DNA from: Neodothiora populina
Taxonomy: Eukaryota
Direction: 5' to 3'
Length of the DNA stretch: 64,000 nt
Assembly: GCF_041146345.1 (NCBI RefSeq)
Contig: NW_027191408.1
Location: forward strand, 868,001-932,000
The notes under the pieces are model-generated. The model ran no database searches and was not told where the DNA came from. It was given only the letters and a program-made list of their open reading frames with translations. Position 1 is the stretch's first letter. Each line of letters begins with the position of its first letter. The position numbers and the translations under genes are program-made. Below are positions 35,880 to 46,840 of this stretch, in pieces.

Positions 35880-38800
35880 TCAAGTTCCCCTGGCTCTCCT
35901 GGCGACGAAATAGACAATCAAGTTCCTCGCGTCCAGAGGGATGCCGCTTCTCTCGAGCAGAGACCAATAATCGCTCTTCGTCTCGCTGTCGGTGCCGTTG
36001 CTCTTGTTGCCGTTAATGGCGGGGGATGCGGCAGCACCATTTGTGGCAGCGGCGACGGGAGGCCAAGTATCATGCAATTCCAGCGCCAGCTCGACGGCTG
36101 CTTTGCGGACCTCTGCGTCATTGGACTTGAGGCACATGGCTGTGATTGACGCGATGCGTGTGCTGATTTCTGCCAGAACCGGGACGGTCTTGTGGTTGGT
36201 GAGAATGGTCGATAAAGTGCGTAGTGCGAGTGCTGTAGCCCTGGCTCTGCTTTTTGCCTCTGCCGAGTGCCGTTGTGCCATGATGGCGTCGTCCTGTAAT
36301 TCATCGACGTGGTTGCTCTGTTCGTTGTCTTGCTCCAACCAAGTCAAGACGGCCTTTTCGCCTTCTTCCGGATGGACTTGGCCCGCTATCTCTACAGCCA
36401 GACCTTCGAGGTCTTTGACAAGCAGGCCTTGGCCTTCGACTCCTCTCCTGGAGTCGAACACACCGGCCAAGGTGCGTGTGCACCATCTGCCAGATGACAA
36501 CCACTTTCTGTAAGTGGGCTGCTGCTTGTTGACCAGTGCCCATAGGATACTAATGGCCTGACGTTTGAGTTCGTGCGAGTGACGAACATTGTTTCCAGCA
36601 AGGTCAGTGGGGGTGTCGACAATATAGTCGATCAATCCATGACACAGATCGTCGAATCTTTTGCCCTCGCCGACAGACCCAAAGATATCACCCGAGTCGG
36701 ATGATCGTACCAGCTCAAGCACCTTTCTAAAGCCATGGGCATCTAGAGTGCGGGACTTGATGCGCTCGATACCCGAAAGCAACAACTTGCGTGATCGTAC
36801 GGATTCGGCTTTACTCTCAGGGGACATTGGCGGCGTGGGTTCGCCATTCCGGCGAGCTCCATCGGCTGGCGTAGGGCTCTTTGGATCCTGATTTGACGAT
36901 TCGTTTACAGGCAACTCGTTGAGGACTCTAGTCTCAGCCATTGGGGGCGTGGTAGACTCTGGAGTCAGCGCACGTCCATTGACAGAGTCTTCGTGGATCT
37001 GAAACTCTTCCACGGGTGCATTCGTCGACGTCTTCAGAGGACTACTCTGGCGTGGCACACTGGGCGCTCGGGCCTGAGGAATTTCGACAACGGCACGACC
37101 TGACAATCTTCGTGCTCCAGACATGGGAGAACGCGGGCTTGTCGGGGCTGGAATCTGAGTCGTTTCTTCCGAGATGGATTTGCGCGGCGAATAGCGAGGC
37201 AGAGGAGAGCGAGGTTGTGGCGTGCCGGCATCTTCATGCACAACTTCAGGGAAAGACTCGTCCCTTGCAGCCGACTGAAAATCAGCTTGAGCAGACATGG
37301 ATTTGTTTATGGTCGGTCTTTGACGGGTAGCAACAGGTGATGTTTGTCTGCTTCTCGTCACGCTCGCTGTAGGTATGACCATGGTGAGTTCCTCGTCCCT
37401 GGCAAAGCTGTTATCATCAGAGCCAGGTGTTTTACCATCTTTGCTCGTAGGTCTCGATCCAGCAGCCGACGCGGGAGCAGGTGATGCGGAGGGAAGTCTC
37501 GGTGCTGGGGCTACATGGCGAGGAGAAGCAGGTTGTCTAGCTGGGCTTGCGACAGGACTGTCTACCTCAAGCTTCTTTCGCGCCGCAGATCCGGCGGCTG
37601 TGCGAGCGAGGCTGGCTGCGGCCTCCTGTCGAGGACTATTTGCTGGACTCTTGTTTGAGGGTGTCTCTGGACGCAGTAGACGTCGCGAGGCGAAAGGCTC
37701 TGCGGTTGCTGGGCGTGGAGGTTCCGGCCTCTTGGTGGGTCGTCGTGCAGCGCCAGACATAAGCGCATTTGGTCGGACGGTTGAGGTGGACGAGGATGCA
37801 CTTTCATTCGACCGTCCGGTAGATGTTGTTGAGTGGGTGGAAGGCGTACGGGACGAAGTGGATGAAGCAGACGGTTGGCGCGCAGAAAGATTGTTGGATG
37901 ACTTGCAACGAGAAGTTGCAGGCGAAAGCGTCGGTGCTGCCATAGCCGAGACTGGCCGCTCGCCCTGCGACTTGCCCATGTTCTTGCGAGCGGCCAAGAT
38001 GGCATCTCGGACCGAAGTGCGGGACTGCGCTCGACTTGTAGTAGATGCGCGTAGGTTCCCTGCCTGCAGGGTGGCGGACGAGGAATTGGGGTTGTGAGAA
38101 TCTCTCTCGAGCGCAGTCTTCGCTTTGTCGTCCAAGGTGTTCATGATAGCGGCTGCCTTTTCCGGCCATGTCTTGGCGAAAGTCCAGTACGTGGCCCTCA
38201 TGCTTTCCCTGACTTTGGGTTGAGGATCGTTAAGACCCTTCTTGATGGTTTTGTCGGCGAGCTCAAGGCCGCCGATGTGCTCAAAGTGACTCTTGGACGA
38301 GGCCTGTCGCGACAGAACAGTCCTGAGCCACGTGGCTGCGAAGCTACGCGGCTGGATGTTCTTGTCTTGCGCGGCAAACCAGATGTGCTGCATGACACGC
38401 GCGTTCACAGAGACGTACTGGAACAGCGTGTCAACGGTGTGCATGCCGTTCTGGGCGGCGATGTTTTTAGTCGCGGCGCTCATCTTGATGAAGCTTTGTG
38501 CATAGATCTCGACCATGGGGTCTAATGCCGGACCGAGGGTTCGCGCCAGCTCCTGCACAAGTTGACAAGCATTGGTCGAAGTCGTGGTGCGCAGGGAATT
38601 TGCAACTTTGATGATGCCCTCTTGCAACTGCTTGATGCCGGCCATGTAGGCATTGTAGTAGTCGGTGGCGGCGTTTCCCTTGGTGATGCGACGCAGCTTG
38701 GTGACACTTCTGTCTCGGAGAATCCAGTTCTCTTCGCTCTCCCTGCCTTCGAATGCAGGAAGCATGTCCCGAAGTTCATCTTCCAGTTCGCGTTGCGAGT

Positions 38801-39733
38801 GCACATGGATCGGGTCCATGGGGATCTCCTCGGTGGGAGGGGGCTTTGCGGCTTCGCTGTTGATACTCTCGGTGAATCGAGGATCGAAGGTGGGCACGGT
38901 ACGGGTAGAGGCCGTCATGGTCAGTTCGGGCTCGGGAGGTGGGGCGCTGGACTCGATGTTGTTGAGGAGCTGAGCGGCGATGCCGGCACGCACACTATGC
39001 ATGTTTAGTTGTTTCTTAAGGTCAGCCTTTGCTCGGTCCGGCGCGTGTCTGTTAGAGAGTCAGTATGAGAAGTCTGTGAGACAGGGAGGCGAACGTACTT
39101 GAACAGATCAATGAGCGCAGTCTTTGCAGCGTCTCGCACATTGCCATCGGAGTCTTCCAGATTGAGCACCATGTGAGGGACGAAGCCCTTGAAGGGCAAT
39201 GCAGCTTCGCGATTCATCTGAGACAGACAGAGTCAGCGCCTGACGAGAGCGTGACTTTGCGCACTTCATACCTTGACTACCCACTGCATGCCGGCTTCCT
39301 TGGCGCGAACGCTGCCATTTGCGATACAGTCGTCGCGGATGAGATCTTCAATGTCGTCGTTGCAGAAGGGCCACAGATCCACAAGGGCCTGCGAGGCGCC
39401 AGCGCGATGGCTCTCGCGCAGGTCTCCCAGTCGGTCCTGCAGTGCGGAATATAATCTGGGCGCATGTGCGACGATGGCGGCGCCTTCGGGATCCTGGATT
39501 TTGAGTCTCTTGACCAGATGGCTCAGAGTGGTCAGGGCAGCAGTGGCGATGGTGCTCGACGACTGCTGGGAGATTGCATATTTCAGGCAGTCGAAGATGA
39601 TGGGCTGGGCATTCTCGGGCACGCGGTGGTGTTTGATATCAGACTTTAGGGTATTGAGGAGGGTCAGCTTTGACTCGGACGCTGCAGACGTGCGCCGCAG
39701 TGTCGCCAGTAGAGTCGCGGCCTGCTGGTCCAT
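35880..39733 (-). CDS. STU1: CLASP microtubule-associated protein Stu1; introns 39218-39271, 39049-39098
   Basis: TOG/HEAT segments LQDRLGDLRE and LEDSDGNVRDAAK; CLASP_N FEGRESEENWILR..SLRTT..KKGLNDPQPKVRESMRATYWTF; S/R/P-rich middle; C-terminal DAEVRKAA. Confidence 0.92.
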
Positions 39734-40144
39734 GGTCAGATAGACTGTGCGAGGCGAGGCGAGGCGGACGCGGTGAGAGGCTGCGCTGCTTGTCTGTGAG
39801 AGGAGATGATGTCGTGTCGATGGGCAGAAAAAGATCTTGTCGGCGTGTTGACGAGAGCTTGTCGTGTGTCTCCGTTGTTTTGCCAAGACTCGCTCTATCC
39901 GGGGTTGTGTCAACAACGACTTTCTCTAGCGCGACCAATCATGACGAATCATCACCAATTGTTGTCCGGGTGTGACATGTCCGGTCACTAGTGTCTGGTC
40001 CTATCCTGGGCTATCGATAGTATGCATCCACGTCGATCGCCTCTCGAGTCAATCAATGGTAGTCGGCACCTTATTCTGTACCTTATTTCGGTGCGTGTCG
40101 GGCTGGAGTCGGGGATCCATGTGTATCATAGCTTCCTGACTGCA

Positions 40145-40162
40145 GTGTGTGTGTGTGTGTGT
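40145..40162. repeat. (GT)9 microsatellite
   Basis: Read directly from the sequence. Confidence 0.9.
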
Positions 40163-40808
40163 TGCCGCCGTAGCAGGGGCATCTGGGTGCAAAGAGTCAT
40201 CGACAAGCTGTTCTTCCTTGGAGTTGCTACAATCGAGGAATCGACCCGTTTCACTCTTCACGTCACACCGCTCGGCCTGTGGCCCTCAATATGGAAACAT
40301 CAGGAACGCAGAGTGTAGGTGGGTCGCATCCTGTCCGTATCATCCGCGCAAGAAGCTCTGGGAAGTGGTCAGGCGGAAGAGCCACTCGTGACACAACCAA
40401 ACACGAGGTCCACTTTAATGTCTACAGCGCTGCCTTGTCACAAATCCGCCGATACATGGCGTTTCTGCAAGGTCTGGCAGGTGCCACGATCATTGACCTA
40501 GACGGTTCTGTCAAGAGATCATACTCGAGCAGATCTGGTATATGTGACATGGACATTGATCCTCGATGTGAGTGACTGTAGAGATGGATACTCCAAAAGT
40601 GGACGTCACTTCTGCGCGTACTGCAGTGTACTGTACAGTAGCTGCGTACCGCTTTCGCCCGATTGGGAAACACGTTATGGTAACAATACAGTACCTATAT
40701 AGTACCTCAAGCCTGTTGTTGTTATAACACCATCCCCTTGTCCTTGAATACAGATATATACATAATCATACTACCTCCTCCAGAGCATCATCATCATCAC
40801 AATTCACC

Positions 40809-41135
40809 ATGTCGGCGCAGTCGAGCAGTGTCCCGCAGTACTTCCAAACAATGTCGAATGCTCCGCCCGCCGCACCTCAGCCTTCCAATCCGCCTCCTTC
40901 CCTATTGGACACTGAACAGCGCCCATCCAGTGACACAGAACAGTCCTCTTCCAAACACGCACACTTCCCCAAGCCCAAACTACGTCTCGAGCTCCGTGAT
41001 GCATCGCACAACAGCACAGATGTCTTCCTCACGCACTTCCGCGCCTCCAAAGACCTCGCCTACCTCGTCGATCGAGTGCTGCAATTACTCTACACCATAA
41101 ACGACGACACAACCACTCCCTCATCCGCGACCCCC

Positions 41136-41170
<35 letters not shown>

Positions 41171-41801
41171 ACCCTCATCATCCCGACCTGCGCCGCCAGA
41201 CCCCAAAGTCCCCCAGACCCGCTCCGTGACTCTGATCCTGCGCGACCTCGACGGCGTAGCCTACACGACCGGCAGCGACCTAGACAACGACCACAAGGAA
41301 ATCCACCTGTCGCTGTCCTACATCTCCCACGTATGCGCCGACCCTCGCAAGCCTTCGCATCTCGTGCGTCAAGAACTCATGGGCGTCGTCTGCCACGAAC
41401 TCGTGCATTGCTTCCAGTTCAACGCAAAGGGCACTGCTCCTGGAGGGCTGATCGAGGGAATAGCAGACTGGGTGCGCTTGAACGCGGGCTTCGTCCCGCC
41501 TCATTGGCGCAAGGATGGAAATGGAGATTGGGATCGCGGATATCAGAACACGGCCTATTTCTTGGATTTTATAGAGAGGACAAAGGGCCAAGGCAGCATC
41601 TTGAGGCTGAATCAGGCCTTGCACGGCCAGAGGTATGATGAGGGAAAGTTTTGGGTTGGTCTTTTTGGAGAGGAGGTCGGTGTGCTTTACACGAGGTATA
41701 AGAAGCGCTTGGAGGAAGAAAAGGAAATGGAGAGCTTGGGTGAGAGATTCGGTGATACTAAGCTCAAGATGGAGATGCGTTCTGAAAAGGACAAGCAATG
41801 A
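40809..41801 (+). CDS. Basic secretory protein (BSP)-family putative zinc metallopeptidase
   Basis: GVAYTTG, HELVH (HExxH), GGLIEGIADWVRL, PPHW and WDRGYQNTAYFL. No signal peptide. Confidence 0.85.
41136..41170 (+). repeat. (ACG)11 coding microsatellite, poly-Thr in the BSP protein
   Basis: Read directly from the sequence. Confidence 0.9.
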
Positions 41802-42058
41802 GATGCTTCGGCAGTCACCTGCATGCAGTAATACCTGGGATCGGCCGTGATGCAACTAAATAAATATTGACAACGATATACAGCAGGACATCTAAACATG
41901 GAGAAAGTAATGAGGAGATTCTTGTTTAGGATTTCACATGTTAAAATCAAACCCTATGAAACATCTTCACAGGGTGCCCATGCCCGAAGAGCGCCACCTG
42001 AAACATCCATCATCTACAACAACAAAACACATACAAAGCCGTGACATTCATCATCATT

Positions 42059-45000
42059 CTACCAATCCATACCGCCCACGCTCCTCTCGCCTCCAGCCAG
42101 GATAGCGTTGGCCCTGGTCTTGGTGACATCGATGGCCTTCATAGCCCCGACGATCTTGCCCTTCTGGCCCTTCAGGAGCTTACCATCCAACTTCTCAAAC
42201 GGATCCGAGCTCTCATCTTTCTTGACGACGAACTTACTCGTACCAAGCACCGAATCAAGCTCCTCGACCGACGGCAACTTGACGTACACGCTCCCGTCCT
42301 CACGCGCCTCGACAGGGAACGTGGCGATATTGACGCTCTCGTCGTTGCCGCACTTGCCCGCGTCCTCGCCCTTGAGCTCGTAGTTGCGCTTGTGGTACGG
42401 ACAGCTGACCCACAGCTTATTGGTCTTGACGTCGTCGCCGATCAGCCCGTCGCTGAGCACGAAAGTGCGCTTGTGCGGGCACATTTGCTGCGTCGCGTAG
42501 TATTGGCCCTTGACTTTGAAGAGCGCGAGTTGCGTGTCGCCGCGTTTGACCGCGAGCGAGCTGCCGGTTGCCGCGTCGGAGAATTGGTCCACTCGCGCCA
42601 GCGGCTGCCATGATAGCGAGGTCCATTCCGTGCCGCGGAAGTCTTCTTTCACCGAGTCGTTGGGCCAGTACGTCGGCCGTTGCTGCCCGCGCTCTTCGAC
42701 GTTCTCGACTGCTGGTTCGATGTTTTCGGATGTGTTGCCGAATTGGGAGAATTTCTTGCGCTTTTCTGGGTCGTTGAGGACTTCGGTCCATTCGCAGTAG
42801 AACGACCCGATCAGGTCTTGCATTTGTTGCTCGAGGTCCGCGCAGATGCCCAGCTTGTCTTGCAAGATGACTTCCTGGAGGTACTTGATGCCGCCGGGGA
42901 GGTTCTCGATCCATCGTGCTGTTCGCTGGAGCTTGTCTGCTGTGCGGAGATAGAAGGCGAGGTAGCGGTCCAGGATCGGGACAACGTCATCTGGAGGAAC
43001 GTCTTTGGCGAGTAATTCGCTGTGGCGAGGTTTGGCTCCACCGTTGCCTCCGACGAAGACGTTGAATCCCTTTTCTGTGGCGATGAGTCCGAAGTCCTTG
43101 TTCTGTGCTTCTGCACACTCGCGCACACAGCCACTGACTCCGCCCTTGATCTTGTGAGGTCCGCGGATGGACTTGTAGCGTTCCTCGAGACGCACGGCCA
43201 TGCCCACAGAGTCGCCGATGCCGAAACGGCACCAGGTGGTTCCCACACATGACTTGACGGTGCGTAGAGACTTGGCGTATGCGTGACCCGACTCCATGCC
43301 GCCGTCAATGAGCTCTTGCCAGATGGGCAGGAGGTCCTGCTTCTTGGCGCCGAACAGGTCGATGCGCTGACCACCAGTGATCTTGCAGTACAAGTTGTAC
43401 TTCTTCGCGACGGTGCCGATGACGATGAGCTTGTCCGCGGTGATTTCGCCTCCAGACACACGAGGGACAACGGAGAAGGTGCCGTTGCGCTGGATATTGG
43501 CGAGGAAGCGGTCGTTGGTCTCTTGTAGTCCGTGACGGTCATTGTCGAGGAGATGCTTGTTGAACAACGATGAGATGATGGACCCGATTGCTGGTTTGCA
43601 GAATTCGCAGCCCACGGATTCCGGCTCCTTGCCGTACTGTTTCATGATCTCGGGGAACGATTGCAGTTTCTTGACATAGATGACATTGAACAGATCTGCG
43701 CGAGAGTAGTCGAAGTGAGGGCAGATGAAGTTCTTGACTTCTTGGCCCATCGAGGACATGGTCTTGTTGAAAATCGTCTGGACAAGAGGCATGCAACCAC
43801 CGCAACCAGTACCAGCCTTGGTGCATGCCTTTACGTCACCGATGGTCTTGCAAGTGCCGTCCTTGACGGATTTAGTGACATCGCCCTTGGTGACGTTGTG
43901 ACAGGAGCAGATCTGCGTGTCGTCGGCGAGATCATCGCCATCGTCTTCGCCCTTGTTGGCGCCAACGATGAATTCACTAGGAGGGACTTCGAGGGCCTTC
44001 TGGTTCTTCACCATGGGCACCAGCTTCACATAGTCTTTGGTGTCGCCGATCATCATACCACCAAGGAGGTATTTGCCGTCCTCGGTGAAGATGTACTTCT
44101 TGTAAACTTGGTTGAAAGGATCCTTGTAGGTCAAAGCCTTGACCGGGGGCGGTGGTAGGCCGTCCGTCAGCGTCTTGATCTTGTCTTCTTCGTTCTTGGC
44201 TGCCTCCTTCTTTGCGTTGCGCTTCAATGCAGCGGGTAGGAATTTAGGTCCGTCGCGATCGGCGAAGAAATCACCAAAACTCGCGACTTCTACACCGAGA
44301 AGCTTGAGCTTGGTGCTGAGGTCTGGTCGCTTGAACACACGGGGGGAGTGTGCTTTAGCCTGGGTGAGGTTGAACGACAGGACATCGGCCATTTCGATTC
44401 CCGGTGCAATCAGACCGTAGGTCTCATTCTCCCAGCTTGCACACTCACCGATCGCGTAGATGTCGGGAATGGATGTGGAAAGGTCGGGGTTGATGATGAT
44501 GCCACCTCCTCGGTCGGCGCACTTGATCCCAGCCTTGCGAGCTAGTTGGTCGCGTGGCTTGACACCGATCGCAAAGCAGATGCAACTGCATTCCATGTTC
44601 TCGCCGTCTTCAAATGTGACGCCGACAATATTGTTCTCCGAGTCGGTGTTGATCTTGCCAACCCTCTTGCTCAAAAGAACGTCGACTCCAAGCGAGCGGA
44701 CTTGCTCGACAACCATGCTGCCAGCATCGCCGTCTAATTGTCTGCTCATGACCCATCTATTCCTCTCAATGAGCTTGATTTTGCTGAACTCCTCTAGATC
44801 CATCATGGCTTTGGCTGCTTCTAAACCGAGAAGACCACCTCCCACCACGGCGCCGATCTTGCCCGTCCGCGTTGCGGAGAAGGCAATGAGCTTCTCCAGG
44901 TCCTCGATAGTGCGGTACACGAATACTCCGTTAGCATCATGCCCTGGTGTATGTCGGGGGAGTACGGCGTCTGAGCCAGTGGCAAGCACGAGGATATCAT

Positions 45001-45479
45001 ATGGCACAGTCGTGCCCTGTGACGTTTCCACAATCTTCTTCTCCGAGTCGATCGATGTGACGAGTGTGTTCAGGTGGTAGTTGAGTGAGCCCTCCGGCAT
45101 GGACGTGTACCACTCTTCGGGGTTCAGATATAGGTTCTCAACCTTTCTGTGCTCAAAGAAGCTGGTCAAGCCTACTCTGTTGTATGCGAGATGTGCTTCC
45201 TCTCCGATAACGATAACGTCGTATTCTCGTCTCTTGACATCGAGTTTCATAATCTTCTCACTGTAATCATGATCAGCAAATGCGTGTGATCATAAGCGAG
45301 AGTCTAGTGGCTGCTTACATGAAGGATATTCCAACCATTCCTAGTCCAACAACCACTATCCGCTTCCTGTTGGCAGGCTTGGGAAGCTCTCCATTCTCTT
45401 CTAGCTTATCCACCTTCTCGGGGAGCTTGTTCGCCTCAGCATCGTTCCAGGTGCTGTTGCTCTGGCCCCACGAAGTCAT
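42059..45479 (-). CDS. niiA: NAD(P)H nitrite reductase; intron 45261-45318
   Basis: FAD motif [22 protein letters not shown]-like CSCHNV..GCGGC, siroheme/4Fe-4[17 protein letters not shown]-terminal Rieske CPHK..CPYH. Confidence 0.97.
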
Positions 45480-46840
45480 CTTGTCTACAGTGCTGCGTAT
45501 CGATTATACCATAGATATAATATGGATCTCTATGCACAGTAGCAGCACGTGGCAGATCGCAAAGTAAAATCACAAATAGAGGGTATCACAAGGGAACAGA
45601 AGAAAAGAAAACACAAGGGCATCAAGGAGGGTATATGACGCTCTACAATCATATCATAGCTGTCGACATTACTTATCTAAACTCCCGACCTGTCAATGCT
45701 ATTTCCCGCCAAGATTACTGATGGTAACACGATATGATAGAATAAGAAAACACCGCGGGGACCGGAGAAGCATGTCTGATGAGACAAGGGGAAACGCGGG
45801 TTGGGAGCTGGACCATTGACGGTTCGCGCGATGACCACACTAAACCCATGATGTGAGCGGCTGGTACGGTGGGTTGGTGACAAACGTAGGAGTTGAAGGG
45901 TGAGAGTGTGTATACGGCGTCGTTGTGCATCTCCTCGGTGGTCATTCCCCAGATTGATCATACCGGCGGCTCTGCATCAGAGTCTTGGCGCGCGGATGTT
46001 GATAAGGAAGTCCAAAGTCAATCCAGAATGCTTGCGAGGAATAAACTTCACGTTTTTCCTTTTGGCAGTGAGGATCGAACTATGAAGGGTCCAGATATTT
46101 ACTGACATCTTGCCACGCGACTGAGTCTCTTTCGACTTCATGTCATCAACCGTGGATTTGCTTCACATTTTGACCATAGCATGGCAAGCCTCGCTGAACA
46201 AAGGCTGCTACCGAGTGGGTATCGGCTTGGTGAAGAAATGCTTCACGACCATCAACTTGTACGGAGATGTAGGAAAAAGCAGCATTTGGGACAGTCTTAC
46301 GATCTATCCTCGACGCGCTTTACCCTTTTTGGTAGTAAAAGATAAGAGAACAGTCCAACCAACGAGCGTGCACAGATCTTTGCACGGCATCGAGTACGCC
46401 CCGTTCAGTCTAAGCATTCTCACGCAACATCACTTCCGCGGCTCAAGTGAGCGTTGGATTTTCTCTTCTCCGGTCATGGGAATTTGTTTTTTTGTGTGCA
46501 TCTCCGACTGGATAGATCGAGAAGCCAGAAAACTTACGACAATCATCAATGACGAATTATAATCTCCCGGGATCACATTAGATACTCTGGGCTTGGCCTA
46601 GGAAGTGCCACTCGCAGTATACGGTGAGCCCCCACCCACTTGTTTCCTAATCCTTTGTGGTTTGTGTACAAGTAGGTCTATCTTCCTGATTACCCTGTGC
46701 TCGCGAGTCCTCACGGCCGGTAATTGGAAGAGTTATTCCTTTGTTTGGGCTTCTCGTCCTTTCATATATCACTATAATTATTCTTATCATCAAATATTTC
46801 TTTATTGTTATCACGGGGAAAGGAGGACTAGTGCTTCAAT
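45480..46840. promoter_or_regulatory. Bidirectional niiA-niaD promoter with GATA (AreA/Nit2-type) sites and NirA/Nit4-like sites
   Basis: HGATAR on either strand at 45673, 45735, 46000, 46340, 46678, 46784 and 46808. One-mismatch CTCCGHGG-like sites at 45751-45758, 45933-45940 (minus) and 46434-46441. Confidence 0.7.
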
